Origin: Raillietiella orientalis
Lineage: Eukaryota
Assembly: GCA_036172245.1 (NCBI GenBank)
Contig: JAYWIR010000013.1
Coordinates: 744,001-808,000, forward strand
Length of the DNA: 64,000 nucleotides
Direction of reading: 5' to 3'
Position numbers and translations under genes: made by a program. Below the pieces are notes generated by a model. The model worked only from the letters and a program-made list of their open reading frames with translations, was not told the DNA's origin and searched no databases. The first letter of the stretch is position 1. Every line of letters begins with the position of its first letter. Below, in pieces: positions 38,651-50,545 of this stretch.

Positions 38651-41550
38651 GCGGAACACTTTCGTCTCGAGACATCACGGAAGTTCCCGAGACCTCCGTC
38701 TTCCAGCGAAACGCATCTCGTGAAACCCGGTCAGTTTTATTTGAAAATATAAATAAATAAGCGTACAAAAGCTCATAAAACGAGTTCCCAGGGATAAAAA
38801 AAAAAAAAAAACATTGGAAGAGTTCACCGACTCGCAGGTCGGACAAGCAGAGAGTTTGGAACGAAAGGAAGAGGGAAATAAATAAATAAAAAGATAGGGT
38901 AGAAGGGAACAGGAATCTTTCGTAGATGCCGTTCCTTTTTCCTTATAGCCTTCTCTAAATGTGGGTGAGCTCCCTGGTGATTTCTTGGTGCAGATGGATC
39001 CATCTCTCTTAAGTCCTCACGTAGGCAGCTTCTGGGAAGGTGTCTTCAAGTTGCTGCCAGAGCAATGTGGGCTGACAAGATGGCGCACACACAGCCCAAT
39101 GTTGCAGTCGCCACGCCACACGAAAACCCGTTGGATGCGAAGAAGCGTCTCAAGGTCGCTTTCTTGTGTCTTCCAGATGTGGCAGCGCTGGAGCTGCCCT
39201 TCGCCACAATTCCTAAAGGACATCTCAGTCCAGTGCGAGACTGATTCGATAGTTCCTCACCTATAATAGTTCAGGGATCCAAAAACGAGGTTTGGGTGCT
39301 CTTTACACTGGAAACCCCAGTGAAGAAGCAGCACCATTGATGACCTCATTTCAGCAGAAGCATCGAAGCGTTCATACAAAGGTCAGAAAACCACCAGTCA
39401 TGTGGGAGACACAATGAGTTCTCCCCGCCGAAGAAGTCTCTTGGCAGGAAGCAGTGGAGTGGAGGCGTCGACCAGCTCACTCGTTTTCCAGATGTCTTGG
39501 ATTTTATTGACTTCCGCGGTCTTTCAGGAGAGCTCTCACCCTGTAGGCTGGCTGCTGTCATTACTCGTTCTAAAAGAAGACAGCGCTGCAGCCTAGGATG
39601 TGACGGTCAGTCTGGATCACTTCCTATAATCTTGTAGCAGTACTTTCAGAGGATGCTTCCAAGGGATGCCGCGCTGATTCTTCAGGAAACTAAGTTCTTC
39701 TGGGGTCACTTGGAAGGTGAGCACCCAGGTTTCCATAGTCTCCTGAAGAACCTGGGACGGCAGGGGATCCAGCAATGGCACTGCAACAATGAGGCAATTC
39801 TCCTCAAGGGATATCCGTACTTGCTCATCTATATTTTGTGGGCCGCGCAGCAGAATCAAAGCGAGTCACTCAGAATCTGCGCAACAATGTAGGATAAAGC
39901 GTACGGGTGCCCACACCATAGGGTATCCCACAACTTGGCCGAAAGCGTAAGAGTCCTGAACTTCATTTGCAGTTCCACTTTGTCCAGAGTCAGCATTCCC
40001 AGTCCAGCATCCTGATGCGGCACCATCATGTCTTTGAGGCCGTATCCTGGACCTTGCAGGTCCCCACAAGACTTTTCTCAGCATGAAGTTTTCCTGGAGC
40101 TTCACCTGACAGGGGGATGGCAAAAAAAAACAAAGCGAAGAACGAGAAGACGTATTCCTCCTATCTTCTATCCTACACAGCACTTACTGCTGCGAGTAAC
40201 ACGAGCAAAGAAGCCAGACGCTCTCAGTAACCCCTGGGGGACGCTACTTGCATGGACCACGAACGGGTGATTCGTTGCGGAGGGAAATACCTGGAGGAGT
40301 GAATGAGGCCTCTCTGCAGTCCTCGTCCCACAGGTGGCTGGCTGGCTGTCTCCCATGAGCATGACGGAGATAAGGTACTCCTTCAGAATATTATCGCGCC
40401 GATCTCGTCGCCGAGCTCAGCCTTAATTGATGCGTCTTTCTTTTTACTTGGTAGCAGAACTGACCATGTAGGCGTGCAGTACCGTCTCGGAGAGTCCTCT
40501 CTGAGCGAAGCAATGGCAGGCACCACACTGCTCCATGTTGTCTCTTGTGGACGATTCTAGGTGAAAGACGACGTCTTTCATGTCCTCGGGCAAATTGGCT
40601 ACCGTCACCATGGAGCTGCGGTATCCGTTGCTCCGTGGATGTGCCTCTGTGAATGACCCAGCCGCCGAGGTTGCTCTGAGCTCCTAGTCGTCTGATCCTG
40701 CTGTAGCGTCGCACCACTGAAAAACACAGGCGCCCAAGACAAGACTTTGAGACCCTTCGAAATGGTCAGTCGTAACTGAGACCGTTATGCAGACATTCAG
40801 AGAGACAGAAAGCATGTGCGTCCACAATGGGAGGCAGGTTTGGCCGATGAGACCCAAGCCGGCCAGGGAAAGAGGGAGAAGAAGACGGAGAATTCGAGGG
40901 TCCTAGCGATTGCAGCCCATCTGTACAAAGCGTTCGACTGCGCTAGCCATGAGCATTTCCTAGATCTCTTGGAACGCCCTGACCTCCCGCTCACTCGTGC
41001 CCCGTGACTGCACTTCATTTGGCTCTGAGTTACGCACTCAACAGCTCACAAAGACACGGGTCTTTGTGAGCTGTTGCCAGTATGTTATGGAGTGCGGTGA
41101 AATGCTGTCAGGAAAGTGGGTGGCCTGATTCCTACGTATTTCAGAGCTAGAGAGATCATGGGGATAGAAACGGTTGCTGGGAGCGGGATGACAACAAGGG
41201 TAAAAGTGGTAGTGGAAAACAGGGTGATCGCCATACTTGTAAGTATTTCCAAGTAACGGTAGCATTTGGGGAAGGAAAAGGCTGGGGAAGAGTAGCCGTG
41301 CAGGACGTAGTAAGGGTTTCTGCTCCGTTTGCTGGTCCAGGGGTGCTGCATTGACTTTCGGTTGTCGCAAGCTGGATGTGGACAACAGGAGGCGCGCTGC
41401 ATCCGCCGCACCACATGCCGCAGCAGCAGAACGCTTAGTTTTTTCTTTCTCCCACTGAGGTCTCAAAGGCGAACTTATGATTCTTCGTCGCCTTGTTAGC
41501 CCTCACGGCGCTTCTCTATACTTCTTTTCGAACTTTAGGTTCCCTACCTG
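38650..41550 (-). mobile_element. Decayed, internally deleted Tx1/L1-like retrotransposon (remnant A)
   Basis: ORF1-like NGYRSSMVTVANLP...QCGACHCF (about 40630-40495) is followed by post-RT ORF2-like KVLWG..RIR../MVPHQDAGLGMLTL (about 40110-39970). Then come a pyrimidine-rich 3' UTR and AAATAAA at 38742-38736. No clear APE/RT core seen. Boundaries approximate. Confidence 0.6.
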
Positions 41551-42251
41551 GGATCTGCTTCAAAATCTCGAACCCGAAAATCCTGAACTATTTTAATCCC
41601 GAAAGATCATTAAAAAATAAACATGCTTATTCTACAAAGATTAGTACACAAATTTAATTTAATATACATAGTTAATCATATTTATTAAACTACATAGTAT
41701 TAGCAGTAATATCACTGGAACAGATATATTTATCAAGATTCAGTGACATAGATTTTAATAATTACATTGTTGATGTATAAATTAAAATTTTAAAAATAAA
41801 TATATATGCTTATTTCATATATTTACATGAAGATTAATGTACGGATTAATATATATCCTAAAAATTATTGAAAATAGATATATATTCATCTACACATATA
41901 CGTATTTATATTATCTGTGAAGATCCTTGGTGATTGCATCCTTGACATGATCTCACTTTGTGTATTCGTAGTAATCACTTCATTCTATAATCCTATTTTC
42001 CGTTCCCTCCAGGGTTGCGATCAAATGTTGAGGACGGACGGTTGCAAAGTTTAGCTTTCGAATCTTCAGTTTCTTTCATGTTTTTGCTTGATTTAGAAAA
42101 GCATTACATTAGAGATGGATACACAGTTTAGTTTTACTTAAGTTGCCCAGTGTGTATGCTGAGAATTTTGCCAACAATGAGAAAAAATGCGTCAAGTTAG
42201 CAGCCGGTACATTAAGTTTCTTTCCTTAGAATGCTTCAACTACTTTACACA

Positions 42252-44142
42252 TTACTGAATATTATGGAGAAAACCTAAAGCATTAAAGAATACAAAAAGT
42301 GACCATGTAGGAACCACTTTAAAACTGGAACTTACGAAAGGATAAAGAAAATCGTACGGCAGCTTCAAATCAAAATAAGGTGGTCGTGCAAAAAACGCTA
42401 AGGCATGAGGTGTGCAGTCTTTGAAAGTAACTGTTGTAGTTAGGCGAATATTGTGAGGAAACAACGAAGGTGATAGTTTAACAGACATCTTGATACCGAT
42501 AATTTTTGCTTGAGGATTTGCAAAATGACCTACATGTGCAAACAGAATGTGAATGTCAAGATGAGTGGGAATCTTTGTGCAACATATAACACTGTCCATG
42601 CAGTTCTCATATGTTTCATGCATGAGATCTGGAGAATAAATAATATCCACGAAATCTGTGAAATTATTTCCATTATTACTAAAGGGTGCAACTACATTTT
42701 TCTTAGAATTAAGCAATAATTTTAAAATGCTGTCCTGTGCTAACAGACAATTATTGAAAGACTGAATTGATATTGAACAACCAGTAAAAAGGTTGACACC
42801 AAATTGAACTACATGCCTGCGGGTATTTTCTAGGTCACATGTGCTTTGTCCATCAAGCACAGTAAGCCAATCATTAAATACTATTTCACTAGTATTTAAA
42901 TCCTTATGCCCTAGACGTATTGGCATGAATTTCCTGTATCCTATGTTAGCATGGTGGGTAACTGCAGGCTGCCATCCAATCCAAAAAAATAAAACACTGA
43001 ATCTCTGAGATACTGCAGTTCCAAGGACTCCTTTTCCAAGAATATACCGAACTTTTGCTTGTTGAATACCAGTAGTCTCATTATAAAAAAATGAGATTTC
43101 GACTTCATGAATGATATCTTCACATACAGCTTCATCAGATAGACATTTTGGTGATGGAAGTTTTTCATAGGGAACATCAGCACAGTGTGATTTGTTTGGA
43201 TTCAAAAAACAAACAACATATGTGATGGGAACAAAAAACTTCTCACTACAGTTATCTGTAGATATGCAGTTTGCCTAAAATGAAACAATTACAACCCTCA
43301 TACTTGAAGTATTTACCTCAATTACTGCAGAATACAAAGAAATTACAAAGCTTTTCGGGATAAATATCTTAGGACTAAAAGATTCTTCTGAGTGGCATGA
43401 TCTTGTAACTCTCTGCAAACATGATGCAGTCATGTTTTTCTTATACAGTACAGCTCTTCTTCCATTACAAAATAATGAAAAGAATGCTGATGGTAGCATA
43501 AGTGTCTGAGATTTGCAACATGGTGTCCAAATCATTACTTCATCCGAATAGTCTGTTTGCATTTTTACATTAGTTGTATACCATGAATGCTTGTGATGAT
43601 GCAGCATGATTTCATTAAACTGCTCTTCTGCTTTGATAATCTAGAAGAGCACATAAAATATTTCAGCTAAAGCAACACTGAACAGCACTACATGGTACCT
43701 TACCTTGGCTGGAATGGAAAACATTTCATCTGGAAGATTATTGCTGATAGTACAGAACAAGTCAGCAGTCAGGGAATAATCATGGTATTTCAAATTAAAC
43801 AGAAAAAGCCAAGATATATCAATACAAAATTTGTCCTTGGGCAGAGTTGCACTGCAAGCTGAAAAGATCGCCTTTTCTTCATCATCACAATCTGGGTCGC
43901 AACAGCAGTTGACATCACATAAGTTTACCTATGAATCAAATGAGTAATGTGATTGGGCACATTTGAGTTACCTTTAAATCACATGTGCAATAGATTTGAT
44001 CAGCATCCGGCACGTGCCATATCTGCTTCCTTCCCTTGTACGCTTCACTAATGTTCCAGCTATGGGAAAGGAATCTTGAAGGCTTTTCGAGCACGTACAC
44101 AAAGAGTAGCATGGTTATGAGACGAGGTAAATAAATCATCAT
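42252..44142 (-). CDS. tctn-1: Tectonic family ciliary transition-zone protein, about 580 aa
   Basis: Exons 44142-43972, 43928-43704, 43640-43317, 43274-42252 (introns 43, 63, 42 nt, all phase 0). N-terminal signal-like MMIYLPRLITMLLFVYVL, diagnostic CTCDL..CDVNCCCDPDC, VQFGVN..TGC, GHFANPQAKIIG, LPYDFLYPF and a hydrophobic C-terminus. Confidence 0.92.
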
Positions 44143-44533
44143 CGCTCAAACGATCGAATACTCTCCCAATGCCCATAAGTTTCCCGAATAATTCGATGAA
44201 ACTCGGATCACTTGAAGATTTTATACCGGAGAATGGGGAAATCTGCTTGGCCAAATTCTGTGCATGCTCAGTCGCTAAGACTCAGCATCCGCAGACTCCG
44301 CAACTCCCGCAGCCCACGCGACCCAAAGCCATCAGCGAAGCCACCTGAGTAGAAACACACCAACGGCGCTCTGAACTACCAGGGACGTAACTTCAAAATC
44401 TGTGCCATAATTGTCTCTTTGATATTTATCCCGTCATACCGTTAAATTACCAAATGATGCCTGAATGTGTCATTCGCAAATCACTGGATCTTATCGACAA
44501 GCATAGTGCTCGCAAAAAGAAATTACGATGCTA

Positions 44534-45785
44534 TTGGGTTGGTGCAGAGAAAAAAAAAAATTGCGGTTTTTTACGTATCGAGTATATCAGTTAAAAAATT
44601 ATATTTATGAATCAGAATAAAGACCACTGGCCAACACACATTTCTCCTAACGGGAAACAATTTGGTTCATTCCTACAAGATGGAATTCTGGAGTCCCGGA
44701 ATGAACGAATTCATCGAAAGCGCTTCGAGCTGATGCTTGATCTTTGATAACCTCCTCTCGTAAGAGGAAATTGCTCAAATGTCTAAAAAAAAAAAAGATC
44801 ACTGTCGGAGAGAGGTCCGAAGAACGAAGTTGGTGAGGTGGGGTTTCACAGACAAGTTCATTTCATTTTTTTTAAAGTCATTTGTGAGACGTGTGGTCAG
44901 GCGTTGTCATGAAGACGAATTGGTCCTCTTGGATCGACTAATGCTGATAGTAAACGATGCACCTTCTCGTGCATTTTTCAATTTCCTGACAACATTCTTC
45001 TGCTGTTGTTGTCTCACCAGGATTTAAGAAGTCGTGGTGAACGATGCCACTTGCCGACCACCAAACCGTAATTTCTTTTTCATGAAGCTTCGGTTCAGGA
45101 AACTGTTTTGGTGCTTCTCCTCGGTCCAGCCACTGTTTCCGATCGTTGTAGAGAGTCCACTTTTGGTCCCAATGCTATCAAGAAAGGGATCATTTTTGTC
45201 GGGCAAAAGAAGTGCAGAGCAAACTTCGTATCGCCGAATTGCTTGATGTTTGTTTCGCTCATGCGGCACCCGCTGATCCAACTTTTTTGCTTTTCCAATT
45301 AGACTCGAATGTCGAACTGTTGAATGATCAATATTGAGTTTTTCTGCCACCCCTGGACTTGTTTTATACGTGTGTTCGCTTCCATAACGGTCCTTAAATC
45401 ATGATTGCCTGTAGCTGAAGGTCGTTCACGACTCTCATTTTCAAGGCTTTCGTTTCCATCACGGAATTTTCGGAAGCAGCATTGAGCTGTACGTCCACTA
45501 ATTGACTCTTCGCCAAAAACAAATTGGATGGTTCCGGCAGTCTGTGTTCCTTTACGTCCCAATTTAAACTCATACGACAAAATCTCGCGAATTCGCTCTT
45601 CTTTTCCATGACCAACTTAAGAGGTTGTATCCAACAGTTCCAAAGAGAGAAAACAAGGGGCATAAGCTGAAATCAGGAGTGCCAATTTCATGAATTACAA
45701 TGATGCATCACATTACTGTAAAACAAGAGAACTCGGCGCCAAACTTAAAATGATAAAAACCGCAATTATTTTTGCACCAACCTAA
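44534..45785 (-). mobile_element. Full-length but defective mariner DNA transposon (cecropia/Hsmar1-like), 1252 bp
   Basis: TA duplications at 44532-44533 and 45786-45787. TIRs are TTGGGTTGGTGCA...AATTGCGGTTTT (left, with an A-run expansion) and TTAGGTTGGTGCAAAAATAATTGCGGTTTT (right, reverse complement). A transposase remnant lies inside. Confidence 0.95.
44605..45609 (-). pseudogene. Mariner transposase pseudogene (frameshifts and stops)
   Basis: YEFKLG, FRKFRDGNESLE, AEKLNIDHSTV, KKLDQRVPHE (WVPHEL motif), PFLDSI, HDNA*PHV; spread over several frames. Confidence 0.92.
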
Positions 45786-47219
45786 TATTATGAAAGTTGC
45801 TAACAGCAAATTCGTTCAATTCATGTCATTGGGAGTATATTTCTCCTATTTGATTTTTCGAATTGTCAAATTTTATGCATATGCTTTAAAAAAATTTTCC
45901 TTGAAGAAAAGTATTTTATATTCTCTTATATTTCCTATAATTAGTTCCATTTCTTAACCCATTTCATCTGATTTCCGTCTTATTTTTCAGTTTGAAAAAT
46001 TCTTTTCATATACACTTGAAAGTAAGGCGTCAAACAAGACTATGAATAAGAACTGTTTAACTTCTTGGTTAGGATATTTGGTGATCGTACTTTGTTAATT
46101 ATTATTTATCTTATCTATCCATAAATGTCTCCAGAGAAAAATAATATTTTAGAATTCTTGCATTCGCGACACAGTGCTTACCTTTTGCTTTTCCATTCTG
46201 AAGTGACCGCGATTTGATGTATTTGTTAAATGAAAGTACAAGAATGGGAACTCAGTAATTGTGAGGAACATTAGTCAGCATTCAGCGAAATTTAACAGCG
46301 AAGACCAAGTTGATGAGATTGCTCAATCCATTTAGACGCTCCATTTTGAAATAGGTGCTGCGTCCAGCATGGTTAGAAGAGGTCATACTGTAATCGCGAT
46401 TGCTATTTCGCAAACCCCTTACAAAAAACTTTAAAGTAAAAAGCCTGAAAACGTACTGTATCTCAGTTTTGCCCAAGTAACCTAGTTTTTCCATTATCGA
46501 ATCATAACCGAATACCAAATCTTGGTCCAATATAGTGTCCAAGTATCTGTGAAATAGCTTTTTTCCTAAAATTTTACCAGCACTATCATAAAACCTTCCG
46601 AGATTCAGGTGGAGATCAGCGGTGACGAGTAAAATTTTGACTCTGTTTAGTAGACATCAAAAATGATGTTGGTGCAACACAAATCATGCTACATTTTTGT
46701 TTTTAGACAGTTGTACACTCTGTATGTTCAATTTCTGAACTCACTCTGCACGTTGATGTTACTGGTAGGACACCAATAGAAAGTTTCAGACAACAGATTC
46801 AAGCGACATTACTAATTAATGGATAACAAGTATCTCCTTTTATGCATTTGCCTGGTTTCAGGTTACCTAAACTTCTTCAAATTGCCTCGATGATTTCGAC
46901 ACATGAACTATTTGAATAAGTCGTGAAGTCTGAAGTTACGAATCGAGGCATTGAAATGCGTCTGAAACGCCCTTGGACAGCTGAGTTTCCAGAACACTGC
47001 ATAGATATGTAGAGTTTTAGAAAGTTTCAGTCCGTTATCTCGAGATCATCTGGCTTGGAAATTATCATTTCAGAACTCTAACCTATCATAGGTGCAAAGT
47101 TTGTCTACAAGAAATCGGAGATAGAGTAAAGCGTTTAAGGGACCAATTCTTTTCTATCTTCATTATCCAAAAGTCATGTACTCGTGATCACATCATTCAA
47201 GTGAGCTTAATGAGCATTA

Positions 47220-47991
47220 TATCCCGATTTTCTCGTGGCTTCAACATCTCCTTTGGAGAAACAAATGCATCCTCCTTGACTGCTGCCCATACGAAAATGG
47301 AAAAGAGGCGTTCAGCACAGTCGGGAAGAACAAGGAAGGAAAATACAAGGACGTAGCAATGCAACTGGGAAAAGGTGGAAAACAAAGCAAAGTACACCGT
47401 TCATCATCGGCTCTTTGGGATCATGGGATCCTGGTAATGAAGAAGTATTACAAGATCTAGGAATACCAAAGAAGAAGCTAGTGGAACTAAGGCGTCGGAT
47501 GGTGGCTGCGTGTATCCGGTGCTCGAGTGATATCTACGCAGCCCACGTCGCAAGGAAAACCAACCTCCAGCCGGGGAATCCAGACAATTCTCTCCCACCG
47601 TACAAAAGCGAGCAAGCGGAGGAAGCACCATAAAGATGGGGCGAGGAACACCCCAAAGGAGCAGAATAGTAACTTCGGAAGAATGTACAGAGCCAACTGC
47701 AATCTGTTATGTAATTTCACACATTAACAACGATAAAGCTGACCATTACAATATGGTCTTCATATACTTCAGCTCATTGAAGTGTGGCTTTCATTAGCTT
47801 TGTGCCATATTGTGCCAAAGGCGTTTGAGCACTACCCCAAGAATGCAATGCACACATCTCGTGGTAGACTTACAGTGTCACCTAGCTGCACCTGAACCAT
47901 AAAACTATCTTTTCGAATCCATCGAAAGAAACCCTCCCTGTTGGGGATGGATACGGTTATAAAGGGATCCATTTTCGAAGCCTGAAATAAA
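47220..47991 (+). mobile_element. 5'-truncated RLE-type non-LTR retrotransposon end (NeSL/Utopia/R2-group)
   Basis: Frameshifted restriction-like endonuclease: PDFLV / ILLDCCPYENGKEAF..KEGKYKDVA / PFIIGSLGSWDPGNEEVLQDLGI..RRRMVAACIRCSSDIYAAHV, stop at 47633. A 3' UTR with stem-loops (about 47910-47980) and AATAAA at 47986-47991 follow. Confidence 0.8.
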
Positions 47992-49731
47992 GGAATGTAA
48001 TTTGTCTGCAATGGTGATCAGTTTCCAGTTATTTATTCCCACTTGCGGTGGGGAAGAATTTGAATGCAAAATGTCTTAGTTTGCTGAACTCGCAGTCTTA
48101 TTCTTCTTCTTCAGACATACTTTAAAAGTCGAAATTTCCCTTGGAGTCTTAATCTTGAATATCTATCTATTATCACTACCTCAGCTTGGCAATGAATTCT
48201 CTGTACTTCGCAGGGTTAGGCGCACGCCTTTAGGCGTAAGAAGATGGAGGGGATATTCAACTTTTGTTCAATTATGGTTTGAGAGTTCAAAGAGTTCTAC
48301 TGCAGACCGAACATCAAACACATCAGTATAATTTTACTGATGTGCTTTTCAGCAAGGGCCTCGCACCTAGCATCTGTAGTTACAGATATGATCAGTGTGA
48401 TCCTCTTCCTATTGGTTGCTTACAGGTTCTGCATATCTTATTCATAGGACTGATATCCTAGAATTCTGAGCTCAAGGATGCATTGGTTGTGGGTAGAGAT
48501 CCATCCGTGCACTGTCACAAAAACTTAGGGAGGATGGATTTCCACCCACAACCAGTGCATCCAGAAACAGTTCTGGTTCTATCAGAGAAGCCTCTGCAGC
48601 AGTCAAAGGGAAGAAAGTCAAAGAAACTTGGATGGATTAACCTGGAAGATTCCCTAAAAGAGATCGAAAGAAAAAAAGAGAAAGTGCAAAAATGATTTCT
48701 GAACCAAAACTGTTCCCTGCAAACTGTTATGCTGTTACTGAAAGCTTCTTTGTTCCTTTTTGGTTCACTTTAAAGGGATCCTCATTTCCCAAACCTCTAA
48801 TGAGCAAATTGTCAGTATTTACAAGTAGCAGCAGTTACAACTCATTTCAACTTATTCTTCACTAAAGTTAGAATGTAATAACACACATACATTCAGTATA
48901 TGTATACATACTGTGCATATATGTGTCCATAAAAACTTTTTGAAGGAATAATGAGATTTAACAAATTTTTCTCAGACACAGTCACAATGAAGTCAATGCA
49001 ACCAGACTTACATGACTTAACAAGATGATAATATCAAGAATATTTAAGTACATCTTTGAAAAATGCTATCAATTAGTAAAAACACATTGCTACACAGTGT
49101 TATTTTACTCCCCAGGAATTGCCTTTAATAATCATTTACAAATGTAAGTGCAAACTAAGGCATTTTATATAACAGACTGTTAATCTGTGACATAAAATTT
49201 TTTACTATAAAGCTCTCAAGATACTGCTAAACTTCCGAAAAGCGTGTCACAGCATTCATGACAATCACACCAGGAGTACACGAAATCACAAAAAATAGGT
49301 TTAGGAAACTTTGTAAACACATCATCAAATGTAATTTAAACAAGCTGAGACTTGTTAAAATTCTGGATATGGGTATCAACTCTCCAAACAGCTCATAATC
49401 AACTTTATTTGAACTATTCACATATTTGACTAACATATCTCTAGACTATCTTTACCTCACGATTAAAAATACACTCGTTTCTTCTGAATATGCTAATATG
49501 CACCCACTGCTTTATTTTATATTTGCAAAATCCAATCTGCTTTATATTTGCATTAGAAATCAATTAAGAAATTGAATGCCTGCTGTTCACATTTTACACA
49601 TATATACTGCTGACATTTGTAATTAACACTGAACTATACAATTCTTCTCAAGAGTTTTTAATATTGTTTCAAGAATTACAAGTAATTAATGGTCACAAAC
49701 TCTAATAGCTGCAATGCAAATGAACATACTA

Positions 49732-50545
49732 CTAGAAGGGCTGCCTATCTATGAGTTCAAACCAATATCCACATCCACAACGTTTTGGTTCTCCTCTGTG
49801 TACCCACATCCAATTAACATGGCACGAATCTTCATCACAAACACATCCTACAATACGTGCATTGCAAAAAGATGGTACCAAATTCGGTTTTTCCTTAGTT
49901 CCCTCATTTCGTATGAAGTGTAAAGCAAATGGATCCTATGTATGCAAATAATTATTCGTTGCTTTCCGCAAATTAGAGGCCCTGAAAATGAATTCATACT
50001 TACAGTATTCCCTGACATAATGGCATCGTACTCTTTCTTTTCGAGGCCTGTGATTAAATCCTTGTGATCCGGCATAACTAAATAGACATTCTATATGAAA
50101 TATGGGGCATAGTTTCCAAACCATTCAAGCAACAATTTCACTTGGTAAGTAAGTATTATATGAAAACTATAATACAACACATCAATCTGAGTCTGTATAC
50201 GCAAATTTGCACACAATACATATACGTGAGCATGCATTTTTTTTGGTGCAAGTGTAGCATCCACAGCACCTTGTTTTAAAATATACAATGTTACGAATAT
50301 GTAATGCTGCGAACTTTTTACAGAAATACAAGGACACTTTAAATTAAATAACTTCAACTATCACTTATTTTGCTACCATCTACACACACAAGATGGGATT
50401 TTAATTTCGTGAATTTCAAACAGTCATTACATAAAAACATGAACTTACTTTTGTCCTTATGCCAAAGGCCCGTATGAAAGCATCTCGAAATATTCAGAAC
50501 TAATTTGGAGTTGCCCCTCGATAATTTCACAGCATTCATTGCCAT
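49732..50545 (-). CDS. COX5B: Cytochrome c oxidase subunit 5B, mitochondrial precursor (124 aa)
   Basis: Exons 50545-50449, 50077-50004, 49935-49732 with GTAAGT donors. Protein: MAMNAVKLSRGNSKLVLNISRCFHTGLWHKDKIMPDHKDLITGLEKKEYDAIMSGNTDPFALHFIRNEGTKEKPNLVPSFCNARIVGCVCDEDSCHVNWMWVHRGEPKRCGCGYWFELIDRQPF. It has a transit peptide plus the TGLE, GT..PNLVPS, RIVGCxC and RCxCG zinc-ligand motifs. Confidence 0.95.

Noticed and set aside
46180..46640. Possible minus-strand exons giving KILLVTADLHL...YLDTILDQD
   Set aside because: Could not be extended into a stop-free multi-exon model; the motif resemblance to metallophosphoesterases may be chance.
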